DNA of 64,000 nt. Source: an uncultured Pseudomonadota bacterium (GTDB lineage Bacteria; UBA10199; JADFYH01). The stretch is taken from the NCBI GenBank assembly GCA_964556135.1, contig CAZKUY010000002.1, positions 27,259-91,258 of the forward strand. Reading direction: 5' to 3'. The notes beneath the pieces are model-generated. The model saw only the letters and a program-made list of their open reading frames with translations. It ran no database searches and was not told the DNA's origin. Below are positions 8,884-18,122 of the stretch, piece after piece; the first letter of the stretch is position 1, and each line of letters opens with the position of its first letter. The position numbers were made by a program, and so were the translations under genes.

Positions 8884-10518
8884 CTATTCGGATAGTTTCC
8901 ATTCCAAAACATCTAAACCGCTACGATAAACCACCACATTCTTAAAACGCTTGCTGCGCGCGACTAATGCCTCACCCGTATAAAGAAATGTATAAGGCTG
9001 TTCGTCTGCCACAATTTCGTGAAACTGATGATAAAGCTCCGCTCTTTTTTCTTTGTCGAAAGTCACGCGTGCTTCATCCATGAGTTGATCCGCTTTCGCA
9101 TTTTCAAAGCCGACAAAATTAGATCCTTCCTTCACCTGAGAAGAATGCCAAACTTGATAAGGATCTTCATCAAATCCAAAGGACCATCCCAGCGAGGTCG
9201 CATCAAAATCTCTTTTATTAATTCGCCCAATGAAAGCCGCCCATTCCATGGTCTGAATATTGATATCAATTCCCGCCTTCGTAAAATCTTCCTTCATGAT
9301 GCTCGCCAGTCTTTCATAAAAACGAGCGCCCGAGGGAATTAAAAAAGTGAATTGAAAAGGAACACGCAGAGTTTTAACTTCACTGCCTTCTTTTACTTCA
9401 ACTTCTTTATCTAGAATTCCATCCCCATCACTATCCACCCACCCCGCTTCGTCTAAAAGTTTTTTAGCAATTTCAGGATCATAGGGAAGTGGAATCACTT
9501 TCTGATTGTATTCATAGCCTTGAAAGAAAAAGGGTCCGCTAATCACTTTACCTAAACCAAATTCCAATTTATCGACAATCGCCTGACGATTAATCAGCAT
9601 GGTCAAAGCTTGACGCACTTTTTTGTCTTGAAAATAGGGCCGACGCAGGTTCCAACCGACGAAACGATAGCCGGGGCTATAATATTCATGGCGGATGAAA
9701 TCGTCCTTGAAGCGCTGACTGTCTGTTTGCTTCACCCATTGAATGGGCCGCAATGATGCTAAATCGATTTCGCCTTTTTTAAGTTCCTGCAAAGCGACTG
9801 AATCATCGCTAATGATTTTAAAGAGGATGCCTTTGAGTTCAGGCATGCGGCTGTGATCCCAATACTCCGCATTGCGTTCCAAAACAATTTTCTTACCGGT
9901 GTCCCATTTCACAAACTTATAAGGACCTGTTCCGATCGGATCTCTTCCCGCTGGATTGGTATTAAAATCCTTTCCATCCTCATAAATGTGTTTGGCAACA
10001 ATGGGAATTCCACCGCAAAACTCTAAGGCTTTGAAGTAAGGCTTCGCGTAGGTAAAACGAATGGTGTAATCGTCGAGTTTTTCTACCTTCTTAATATCTT
10101 TATAATAAACGCGCAAATGAGGGGCATCCACCTTAGGATCTTGAATTCTTTCATAGGTATAGAGAACGTCATCGGCGGTGAAAGGAACCCCATCATGCCA
10201 CTTTACATCGTTGCGCAGATGGAAGGTAAAAGTGAGCTTGTCGTCGGAAATTTCCCATGCACTGGCAAGGCGAGGAACCAGATCCTGAGTTTTATTGTCC
10301 CGATCAATCAGGCTGTCATAGACAAAACTATTGATGCGACTCTCATAAGCATCGGTCGCGATGATTCGATTCAAAGTATCGGGTTCGGCCCCTAAATGCC
10401 AAACCAGCATTTCAGGATCTTTAGGCAGTCTCATCGAACACGCCAGCGCTGAAACGCAAAGCAGCAAAGCGCCGAGGCCTTTTATTAAACGATTTCGATG
10501 CGGCTTAAGGAAGCTCAT
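8884..10518 (-). CDS. oppA: ABC transporter substrate-binding protein, family 5 (OppA/DppA-like), probable lipoprotein
   Basis: SBP_bac_5-like sequence throughout. The internal start MSFLKPHRNRLIKGLGALLLCVSALAC gives a signal peptide with a lipobox. First gene of the opp operon. Confidence 0.8.
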   Translation of the reverse strand: MSFLKPHRNRLIKGLGALLLCVSALACSMRLPKDPEMLVWHLGAEPDTLNRIIATDAYESRINSFVYDSLIDRDNKTQDLVPRLASAWEISDDKLTFTFHLRNDVKWHDGVPFTADDVLYTYERIQDPKVDAPHLRVYYKDIKKVEKLDDYTIRFTYAKPYFKALEFCGGIPIVAKHIYEDGKDFNTNPAGRDPIGTGPYKFVKWDTGKKIVLERNAEYWDHSRMPELKGILFKIISDDSVALQELKKGEIDLASLRPIQWVKQTDSQRFKDDFIRHEYYSPGYRFVGWNLRRPYFQDKKVRQALTMLINRQAIVDKLEFGLGKVISGPFFFQGYEYNQKVIPLPYDPEIAKKLLDEAGWVDSDGDGILDKEVEVKEGSEVKTLRVPFQFTFLIPSGARFYERLASIMKEDFTKAGIDINIQTMEWAAFIGRINKRDFDATSLGWSFGFDEDPYQVWHSSQVKEGSNFVGFENAKADQLMDEARVTFDKEKRAELYHQFHEIVADEQPYTFLYTGEALVARSKRFKNVVVYRSGLDVLEWKLSE

Positions 10519-11314
10519 GAATCTGTTTAGCATCCGGCAGAGGAGCCCATGAAATAGACTCCGGTAATACAGCATTGCCGATGGCAAGCTCCGAATCCTG
10601 GTAAAGGATTTCAATTTCGTTTTTGGTTTTTTTATCCCTCAGTTTTACGCGGGATGGAAGGTAAACGTCGCTTTCCTTCGTGGAATGAAGAGTTTGACGA
10701 CGAAAATTCGCTCCCTCGTATTCGAAGCCGACCCTAGCACCTTCTTTTCCGAAGGCCAAGCTCACAATCGCATTTTGAGACTCATCCCAAATAATTTCTC
10801 CGCGAGAAATTTTAATGGAATATTGTGGACCTTGATCGATTTTAAAAATTTGCGCTGTCTGCAAATCAAAGACAGGTAACTTACCAATAAAAAATCCGAG
10901 GGTTTCTTCGAGATTTGCTGCTAAAGGCAGAAACTTACGAAGGCTATTCTCATCCAACTCGCCTTCATAATATTCTTTTCGATCGTAATCCTGCCAAAAA
11001 AGGGTCGAGCCGTTTGACGCCATGACAAAACGTTTATTCGCCAAATCGTCTAAAGTTTCGAAATAGAAGGAAAAAGGGAAACGGATTTTAATTACTTCAT
11101 CAAAACTTGTTTTATAACCCCTCACGCGCAGACGAACTTTCGCATAGGACTTCGCACTGCCTATTTTTTGCAAAGACTCCGAATAACGCGCTACTTTTTG
11201 CAAAATAATCGCTTGTTCATTTTGAGGAAGAGCCACTCGAGGAGCTTTGCGCGGAACGCATGAGAAAAGGAAAATGCTGATAAAAAGAAAAAGTGGAAAA
11301 GCCTTTCGCTGCAT
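10505..11314 (-). CDS. Hypothetical lipoprotein
   Basis: Signal peptide with lipobox (LFSC). No catalytic motifs. Confidence 0.55.
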   Translation of the reverse strand: MQRKAFPLFLFISIFLFSCVPRKAPRVALPQNEQAIILQKVARYSESLQKIGSAKSYAKVRLRVRGYKTSFDEVIKIRFPFSFYFETLDDLANKRFVMASNGSTLFWQDYDRKEYYEGELDENSLRKFLPLAANLEETLGFFIGKLPVFDLQTAQIFKIDQGPQYSIKISRGEIIWDESQNAIVSLAFGKEGARVGFEYEGANFRRQTLHSTKESDVYLPSRVKLRDKKTKNEIEILYQDSELAIGNAVLPESISWAPLPDAKQIHELP

Positions 11315-11359
11315 AAGACTTTGTATGTCTTAGCTTGAAGAAGATCAAACTTTTCTTCT

Positions 11360-13051
11360 TTAGTATTTCATTCCTAATTTTTCGGAGAGTTTTTTCTTAA
11401 CGCGGGCCAAGTCTTCAACATCTTTTTTATTCTTCTTATCTTGAGCTTCTAAAGCTTCGACCGCTTTTTGATAGTAGATTTCCGCTTTTTTAGAACTGCC
11501 TTTTTTGGCGAAGGCATCGCCTAAGTGCTCTAGAATACTTGCTTCGCGTGGACTCAGCTCGTCGGCTTTCAAAAGGTAATAAATAGCTTTATTGAGATCG
11601 CCCTTTTTAAAATAGGCCCAGCCTAAACTATCGGTAATATAACCATCTTTAGGACGAATCTGAACTGCTTTTACTAGCATTGTCGTCGCTTCTTCCAACT
11701 TAACACCCTGATCGGCATAGGTATAACCAATATAATTGAGTGCAGGCGCATGATCGGGATCGATTTCGAGGACTTTTTTCATGCTTTTAACAGCATTGTC
11801 CGTGTCACCTTGCTTGTCATAGGCTACTCCCAATGCGAAATAGAGCTTTTCATCGCGAGGGTATTTCGTGATGGCTTCTTTCAATCCAGCAATGGCTTTT
11901 TCATGATTTTCCATGCTGGTCAAAAGACTTGCCACCACATCGTAAAATTCTGTGATGTCGGGTCTTTTCTGGATAGCTACTTGAGCCAAGTCTAAAGCCT
12001 CTTGAGCTTTATTTTGACTCTCTAAAATAATCACCGCGCGCACCATGGCTTCTTTATAAAAGCTGGACTCTGGAATCACTTGCTTGAAATACTCTAAAGC
12101 CGCTGCGTCATTTTTTTGAACCTGACTCACGACGCCTAAATAATATTGAATGCGATCTGAATTGGGATTTGCATCTAAAATCTTTTGAAATCTTTCCTGC
12201 GCTTCACCAAAATTCTTCATTTCATAAAGAAGCAAACCCAATCGAAGTTGAGTAGCGATATCTTCGGGAGTCTGTTTCTCAAGGGCTTTATAAACCTTCA
12301 AGGCTTCAGGCAGATCATTGACCTCTAGATAGATCTGCCCCAAGGCTTGCAAAGCACGCGAGTCATCAGGGTTATCTTGCAAAATCTTTTTAAATACCGC
12401 GATGGCCTTGGGATAATCTTTTTTGAAAGTCGAGTAGAGAGTTCCCAAATAATAGTTGCCCGAATAAGAATCTGGAACCGCTTTTTTCATGCGGGCAATG
12501 GTGGCAATCGCTAAATCAGGTTCTTTACGCACCATGTACTCGCGCGCGATAGAAATATAAGCTTCTTCGGAGCGAGGGTTTAGCTTTATCACCTCATGGT
12601 ATTGCGCCATGGCTTCGCTCGACATTTTTCTTGCCGAAAAAAGCTTTCCCAATAAAAGCAGAGCTTCTTGATTTTTAGGATTTAAATCGACCGCCTTTTG
12701 CGCTGCCGCCATGGCAAGATCTATGCGGTTTGCCTCAATGCTTTCTCGCGCTTTCTCTTCCTCTAGAAAAGATGAGCTTTTGTCTTGTTCAATCGCTTTA
12801 TCCAATAGATACAAAGAGCCTTCGCTATTGCCTTCGTAGGCTCCTAGTTTTGCCAAAACGAAGTAGTAATATGAATTGCCATCCGGCGCTTTTTTTACAT
12901 TATTAAATTTTTCTTGGAGATCAGGAAAATTCGCGCTTGAGCCCTTTGGGGCACTGGATTTTTTTGTCATGCCGGCATGCGAAGAGGCACAACCCGCTAA
13001 TGCAGATACAACCAGTGCCAGAGCAATTTTTGATGCGCGAAGCAGCTTCAT
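11360..13051 (-). CDS. TPR-repeat lipoprotein
   Basis: The internal start MKLLRASKIALALVVSALAGC gives a lipoprotein signal. It has many 34-aa TPR-like repeats with W/LG/Y/A/F/A/P spacing. Confidence 0.7.
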   Translation of the reverse strand: MKLLRASKIALALVVSALAGCASSHAGMTKKSSAPKGSSANFPDLQEKFNNVKKAPDGNSYYYFVLAKLGAYEGNSEGSLYLLDKAIEQDKSSSFLEEEKARESIEANRIDLAMAAAQKAVDLNPKNQEALLLLGKLFSARKMSSEAMAQYHEVIKLNPRSEEAYISIAREYMVRKEPDLAIATIARMKKAVPDSYSGNYYLGTLYSTFKKDYPKAIAVFKKILQDNPDDSRALQALGQIYLEVNDLPEALKVYKALEKQTPEDIATQLRLGLLLYEMKNFGEAQERFQKILDANPNSDRIQYYLGVVSQVQKNDAAALEYFKQVIPESSFYKEAMVRAVIILESQNKAQEALDLAQVAIQKRPDITEFYDVVASLLTSMENHEKAIAGLKEAITKYPRDEKLYFALGVAYDKQGDTDNAVKSMKKVLEIDPDHAPALNYIGYTYADQGVKLEEATTMLVKAVQIRPKDGYITDSLGWAYFKKGDLNKAIYYLLKADELSPREASILEHLGDAFAKKGSSKKAEIYYQKAVEALEAQDKKNKKDVEDLARVKKKLSEKLGMKY

Positions 13052-13106
13052 GGGGACACCTTCAAACATAATTGTAACATAATTCAGAAAGACTTTGAGC
13101 GGAATT

Positions 13107-13847
13107 TTAGCTTTTCTGAATTAAAGCTAAAAACTCCTGATTACCGTCTGTCCCGCTAATCCTGGCAGGAGAAATTCCAATGACTTGAAGCGTCAAGGCC
13201 TTCATTCCTTCGATCACCCTCTCCACAATTTGCTGCCTTTGGACTTCATCCTTAATTACACCACCCCGAGGAACTGCTCCCTTATCCGCTTCAAACTGAG
13301 GTTTAATCAGGGTTAAAAGGGGGGTTTTCGATTGAAGGATATCTAAAACGTGGGGTAATACCTTCAATAAAGAAATAAAAGAAACATCGATGACTACAAA
13401 ATCAAGGGCTTCTGAAAAATTTTCTAACTTTAGATCCTTCGCATGAGTTTTTTCCCAGACGATCACCCGAGGATCTTGCCTTAACTTCCAAGCCAGTTGT
13501 CCATAACCCACATCCGCTGCGTATACTTTTTTTGCCCCATTTTGCAGCAGGCAATCCGTAAAGCCACCGGTTGAAGCACCTAAATCCAAACAGACCCAGC
13601 CCTTAACATCTATATCAAAATCCTTTAAAGCGCCCTCCAACTTCAAGCCACCTCTTGAAACATAAGGATGATCTTCCCCTTTAATTTCAATGGAGATTTC
13701 TGGAAGATAAGTTTCAGACGCTTTTTCGACCCGTTTCTCATTCACCCAAACTTTACCCGCCATGATGTAAGATTGCGCACGCTCTCTCGAGGGCAGCAAG
13801 CCACGTTCGGTCAAAATTTTATCGATGCGTTGTCGAGTGACTTTCAT
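13107..13847 (-). CDS. tlyA: TlyA-family rRNA 2'-O-methyltransferase (haemolysin A-like)
   Basis: S4-like N-terminus, YVSRGGLKLEGAL, and the SAM-binding motif LDLGASTGGFTDCLLQNGAKKVYAADVG. Confidence 0.85.
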   Translation of the reverse strand: MKVTRQRIDKILTERGLLPSRERAQSYIMAGKVWVNEKRVEKASETYLPEISIEIKGEDHPYVSRGGLKLEGALKDFDIDVKGWVCLDLGASTGGFTDCLLQNGAKKVYAADVGYGQLAWKLRQDPRVIVWEKTHAKDLKLENFSEALDFVVIDVSFISLLKVLPHVLDILQSKTPLLTLIKPQFEADKGAVPRGGVIKDEVQRQQIVERVIEGMKALTLQVIGISPARISGTDGNQEFLALIQKS

Positions 13848-13849
13848 CC

Positions 13850-15094
13850 CTATCCAAAATGCTTTAAGGCTTGTCTTAAAGCTTCATGCTTTTGGGCATA
13901 GCTTTTCAAGGACAGTTTGTTTTGTATGGCTTCCCACGCTTCATGTAAACTTTTGGCGCCGGCTGCAGGCCCTTGAGGATGCCCAAACACGCCCCTACCA
14001 GAAATAAAGCCAAAGTCCGCATGGCCAATTTTTTCATAAACAGAAGGCAGACTTCCGGCCCAATCGCTCCCACCCGGGATGGGCAGAACGGGCAGAATAT
14101 GAGGCCAAGGCTCTAAACAAGCCTTGATGTTCGCAATCACCTCTTCATCGCTATTGTGCATTCGCTCGCCAAAACCAGCGAGTCCAATCATATCCGCACC
14201 GGCTAAGCGTTGAAGCTTCGTAAAAACCAAGGAGCTAATGCCATAATCAGGCAAGCGAGAAGTGGCAGCGGTTCCTGTAAAATGACTCATCACCGGAACT
14301 TTACTTTTCTTACACAGCATTCTTAAACTGGAAATTCCGGTGAAGATTGCATTCACCATCACACAATTAGCACCTTCTTCTACCGCAATGTCATGGAGGG
14401 CAATGATCTGGTCCACTTCATCGGTGATGCTCGCCAAATAAATTTTCTTTTGTCCAGTTTCTGCTTCGGCTTTGCGGCGAGCTTGGCCACAGGCTTTGGA
14501 TCTTTCTCGCATCGAAGACCATTCAATATCACCGAGCATTTCATCATCTTTGGCAATATCTAAGCCGCCCAACCAACTCTCATAAGCAATCTCTGCAAAC
14601 TCAGAGGGCGTGAGGCCGATATTGGGTTTTACCACTCCAATAAAAAGCGGTCTGTCATAAACATTTAATAATTCACGCAAGCCTTTTAAACCAAATTGAG
14701 GGCCTTCGAATAATTGAAGATAGCTTTGGGGAAAATGAATGTTGGTCCATTTAATTTTCTCAATACCGGGACAATAAAAAGGACCTTCCCCCGCAGCAGC
14801 GGATAATAAATTAGGAATTCTGGGGCCAAAATTAATCCAAGGATGTGCCACAATCGCTTCGTAAGCTTTGCCTGTTTTCTTGAGTTGCACACACTTTGCC
14901 CCATGCAAAACCCTGAAATCCTCATTAATTCCAGGTCGTTGCCACTGAGCTGTGGATTGTTCACAACAGAGATTTGCTGTGGCTAATTCTGGTGAAATCG
15001 AAGTTTCGAATCGATAGGTAAAAAGAAGATTTTTCTCGGGATCAATTTGATCAGGTTCTGTGAAAAAACCGGGGATATCTTTTTCAGAAATCAT
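13850..15094 (-). CDS. RuBisCO large-subunit-like protein (form IV RLP)
   Basis: The motif GGLDIAKDDE aligns to the RuBisCO GGLDFTKDDE block (carbamylated Lys and Mg ligands Asp/Glu conserved). A VKPN(I)GL segment aligns to KPKLGL, where only one of the two Lys is retained. Length 414 aa. Several other RuBisCO catalytic residues are replaced, as is typical of RLPs. Confidence 0.8.
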   Translation of the reverse strand: MISEKDIPGFFTEPDQIDPEKNLLFTYRFETSISPELATANLCCEQSTAQWQRPGINEDFRVLHGAKCVQLKKTGKAYEAIVAHPWINFGPRIPNLLSAAAGEGPFYCPGIEKIKWTNIHFPQSYLQLFEGPQFGLKGLRELLNVYDRPLFIGVVKPNIGLTPSEFAEIAYESWLGGLDIAKDDEMLGDIEWSSMRERSKACGQARRKAEAETGQKKIYLASITDEVDQIIALHDIAVEEGANCVMVNAIFTGISSLRMLCKKSKVPVMSHFTGTAATSRLPDYGISSLVFTKLQRLAGADMIGLAGFGERMHNSDEEVIANIKACLEPWPHILPVLPIPGGSDWAGSLPSVYEKIGHADFGFISGRGVFGHPQGPAAGAKSLHEAWEAIQNKLSLKSYAQKHEALRQALKHFG

Positions 15095-15102
15095 TTATAC
15101 CT

Positions 15103-15128
15103 ATAAAAACTCGTACCCTTCGGGTGCG
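15103..15128 (-). terminator. Possible weak intrinsic terminator after yjbQ
   Basis: On the minus-strand transcript, CGCACCCGAAGGGTACG forms a 7-bp stem with one mismatch, followed by AGUUUUUAU. Confidence 0.3.
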
Positions 15129-15188
15129 AAAAATTAGATTGTTTTTCTTGGCATGAAACTCACCCTCTTCGAGGATGAGAATTTCAGC

Positions 15189-15614
15189 TTACTCGCCCAT
15201 TAAAGTGAGAGTTACTTTTCGACACTCGCGCGGACCATCGAGTTCCACTAAAAAAATAGACTGCCAGGTACCTAGTTGCAACTTTGAATCTTGCAAAATC
15301 AGACTTTGCTGAGAGCTCATGAACAGTGAAAGTAAATGACTGTGTGTATTGGGTCGTCCATCGACGGCCACTTTATTATGACGATAGTCTGATTGAGGAG
15401 GCACAATGCGCGTCAAAAAATCCAACATATCTTTTTGTAACTCGGAACATTTTTCATTGATCACGAGAGCTGTCGTTGTATGGGAACTTGCCACAATAAG
15501 AATAGCATTTTTTAAACCGCAAGTCTCCGCAAAGTCACGGACTTCATGACTTATATCAATAAAGTCCAAAGGTTTGTGTGTTTGAAATTCAAGAGTTTTA
15601 GCCAGGGTTTTCAT
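15189..15614 (-). CDS. yjbQ: YjbQ/UPF0047 family protein (secondary thiamine-phosphate synthase-like)
   Basis: 141 aa with conserved GTWQ and HxxH-like family motifs (NTHSHLL...LQLGTWQSIFLVELDG). Confidence 0.8.
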   Translation of the reverse strand: MKTLAKTLEFQTHKPLDFIDISHEVRDFAETCGLKNAILIVASSHTTTALVINEKCSELQKDMLDFLTRIVPPQSDYRHNKVAVDGRPNTHSHLLSLFMSSQQSLILQDSKLQLGTWQSIFLVELDGPRECRKVTLTLMGE

Positions 15615-16507
15615 TAATTTTTGCGACTCACCACATATTTGGCAATTTCTCGCAGCGGATCCGCTTTTGCGTCAAAACTTTGGAGTAACAAAATAGCTTC
15701 TTCGACAAGTTGTCTGGCTTTTGCTTTCGATTCTTCAAGCCCTAATAAACTTGGGTAAGTAGATTTATGATTCGCAACATCCGAACCAACATCTTTGCCA
15801 ATTTCCTCTCCCCCTTCAATATCCAAGACATCATCTGCAATTTGAAAGGCGAGGCCAATTTTTTCACCATATAAACCCAAGGCTTCTACTTGATCGGCTC
15901 GAGCGCCCGCCAGCTTTGCGCCTGCTTCCACAGAGACACGAATCAAGCGACCCGTTTTCTGGCGATGCAATTCTTCTAATTTATTCAGATCGATTTTTTT
16001 ATCTTCGCTTTCAAGATCGATCACTTGTCCGCCTGCCATGCCTTTGGAACCAGAAGCCTCCGCAATCGATTCTACCACTTCTAAGAGGACGGGCGCAGAC
16101 ACTTCAGGGTGACGATGGCGCGTCATAATTCGAAAGGCTTCCGTTAAAAGTGCGTCACCCGCTAAAATAGCAACAGCCTCTCCGAAAACCTTATGGTTGG
16201 TGGGTTTTCCGCGGCGAAGTGCATCATCGTCCATTGCAGGCAGATCATCATGAATGAGAGAATAAGTATGAATCATTTCCAAAGCTGCAGCGACTGGCAG
16301 AACACGTCCTGCATCGGCTCCACATGCTTCGCAGGCTGCTATCGCGAGAATAGGGCGTAAACGTTTGCCTCCCGCACGAATGCTATAAAGCATCGACTCA
16401 TGTAGCTTCGTAGGCCATTCTTTTTCCTGCGGCAAAAGCTTTTCTAAAGTGTCTTCGACGAGTTGACGTTTTTCTTCGAGGTAATTTTTGAGCTTGAAAC
16501 CATCCAT
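15614..16507 (-). CDS. ispA: Farnesyl-diphosphate synthase / geranyltranstransferase
   Basis: First and second Asp-rich motifs of polyprenyl synthases (LIHDDLPAMDDD and FQIADDVLD). Canonical xseB-ispA arrangement. Confidence 0.9.
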   Translation of the reverse strand: MDGFKLKNYLEEKRQLVEDTLEKLLPQEKEWPTKLHESMLYSIRAGGKRLRPILAIAACEACGADAGRVLPVAAALEMIHTYSLIHDDLPAMDDDALRRGKPTNHKVFGEAVAILAGDALLTEAFRIMTRHRHPEVSAPVLLEVVESIAEASGSKGMAGGQVIDLESEDKKIDLNKLEELHRQKTGRLIRVSVEAGAKLAGARADQVEALGLYGEKIGLAFQIADDVLDIEGGEEIGKDVGSDVANHKSTYPSLLGLEESKAKARQLVEEAILLLQSFDAKADPLREIAKYVVSRKN

Positions 16508-16510
16508 AAC

Positions 16511-16738
16511 TTATTCTTCAAAAGGGACTTTTTTCGTTTTTCCTTCTGAGTCTTTCATGAGTTTTTCAATGCGACCATCGGCTTCCTGGAGACTTTTCTC
16601 GCAGTATTTTACCAATTCAATTCCCTCTTCAAATTTTTGCAGGGATTGATCGAGAGAAATTTCACCTTCTTCCATTTTGAGTACAATTTCTTCAAGATTT
16701 TTTAAAGCAGACTCAAATGTAAGCTTTTTTTCCGCCAT
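16511..16738 (-). CDS. xseB: Exodeoxyribonuclease VII small subunit
   Basis: 75-aa helical protein (LEEIVLKMEEGEISLDQSL...) placed directly downstream of xseA. Confidence 0.85.
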   Translation of the reverse strand: MAEKKLTFESALKNLEEIVLKMEEGEISLDQSLQKFEEGIELVKYCEKSLQEADGRIEKLMKDSEGKTKKVPFEE

Positions 16739-16818
16739 GTCTTCCCCCTACCGCGGTGAATCAGCATTTGCAAAGCCTAATCTCCTGCAAAAAACCAAGA
16801 AATACTGTTTTTTTCATC

Positions 16819-18024
16819 TTAGTTTTGCAGCACTTTACTGACGATTTTTCCTTGGCTTAAAAGAGTTTCTATTTCGCTACCTTCTTTAATTTCCTTAGGA
16901 TTTTTGAGGGCTTTTTTCTTTCCTGAGGAATCTACAAGATAGGTAATAGAATATCCTCTTTCCAAAACGGCCAGTGGAGACAGAGCTAATAAAGTTTTAT
17001 TCAAACTTTTTACTTCTAAATGCAAATGCTTTAAGCGTGAGGCAAAAGAGAGCTTTAAGCGATCTTGCAATTCATCGCAGCGCTGAGAAAGCTCTTCAAG
17101 CCGACGGCGCGGGTGTTTTAAATGACTTTTAAAAAAATCGAGGCGATCTTGAAGACTTTGGCTTTTCCGTTTCACGATTTCATAAAGCCGCTTGCGCAAA
17201 TCCCTCATGAAAAATTCCATTTCCTCTTTTAAAGGAACTGCCAATTCTGCCGCCGCCGATGGAGTGGGGGCTCGTAAATCGGCAACATAATCTGCAATGG
17301 TCACATCCACTTCATGTCCCACTGCAGAAATAATGGGAATTCTCGAAGCCGCAATCGCTCGAGCCACTTCTTCCGTATTGAAGGCCCAGAGGTCTTCCAA
17401 ACTTCCGCCCCCTCGACCTACAATCAGCAAATCAATATCTTCCATTTGGTTGAGCTCTGCTATAGCTGCAACAATTGCAGGAGCAGCCTCGCTGCCCTGC
17501 ACAGACACCGGCGCGAGTAAAATCTCTACGTTAGGATATCTTCTTTTTAAGACATTCAACATATCTCGGATCACGGCACCCGTAGGGGAAGTGACAATAC
17601 CGATCTTTTTGGGGAGCAAAGGTAGTGGCTTTTTAATGAAAGGATCAAATAAGCCTTCTGCCTCTAATTTCTTTTTCAATTGTTCAAAGGCGAGTTGCAG
17701 GGCGCCCAGGCCTTGGGGTTCCACATATTCCGCGACGAGCTGATAGCTTCCCCGAGGCTCATAGACCGTGACTCTGCCCTGAACAATCACTTGCAAGCCA
17801 TCTTCTAATTTAAATTTTAACAGCCGATTAGAACCTTTAAACATGACTGCAGAAATTTGGCTGTTTTCATCTTTTAAGGAAAAATAATAGTGGCCCGAAG
17901 TATGGGCTTTGAAATTAGAAACTTCGCCGGAAAGCCATAAGCTTGCATAGTTGGACTCTAGGATAGATTTTATCCCACGTGTTAAATCTGTAACCGAAAG
18001 AATGCTTGGAGGCATGGGGGGCAT
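16819..18024 (-). CDS. xseA: Exodeoxyribonuclease VII large subunit
   Basis: N-terminal OB-fold, then the catalytic region and coiled-coil typical of XseA (GEVSNFKAHTSGHYYFSLKD...VGRGGGSLEDLWAFN). Confidence 0.9.
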   Translation of the reverse strand: MPPMPPSILSVTDLTRGIKSILESNYASLWLSGEVSNFKAHTSGHYYFSLKDENSQISAVMFKGSNRLLKFKLEDGLQVIVQGRVTVYEPRGSYQLVAEYVEPQGLGALQLAFEQLKKKLEAEGLFDPFIKKPLPLLPKKIGIVTSPTGAVIRDMLNVLKRRYPNVEILLAPVSVQGSEAAPAIVAAIAELNQMEDIDLLIVGRGGGSLEDLWAFNTEEVARAIAASRIPIISAVGHEVDVTIADYVADLRAPTPSAAAELAVPLKEEMEFFMRDLRKRLYEIVKRKSQSLQDRLDFFKSHLKHPRRRLEELSQRCDELQDRLKLSFASRLKHLHLEVKSLNKTLLALSPLAVLERGYSITYLVDSSGKKKALKNPKEIKEGSEIETLLSQGKIVSKVLQN

Positions 18025-18054
18025 GCTACGCGAATTTTAAGAGTGCCTTCAAGT

Positions 18055-18098
18055 TTTAAAAAACCAAAGGGCCCAAGATCTTTCGACCAAGGGCCCTT
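18055..18098 (-). terminator. Intrinsic terminator of the MYXO-CTERM repeat-protein gene
   Basis: On the minus transcript, AAAGGGCCC-loop-GGGCCCUUU forms a 9-bp GC-rich stem followed by GGUUUUU. Confidence 0.6.
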
Positions 18099-18122
18099 TG
18101 AATGGGAGGAGTTATGAGCTTT

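Noticed and set aside
13069-13107. Imperfect palindrome TTCAGAAAG...CTTTTCTGAA between tlyA and the TPR gene
   Set aside because: It has a long loop and no U-run on either strand, so it is not convincing as a terminator. It may simply be spacer sequence.
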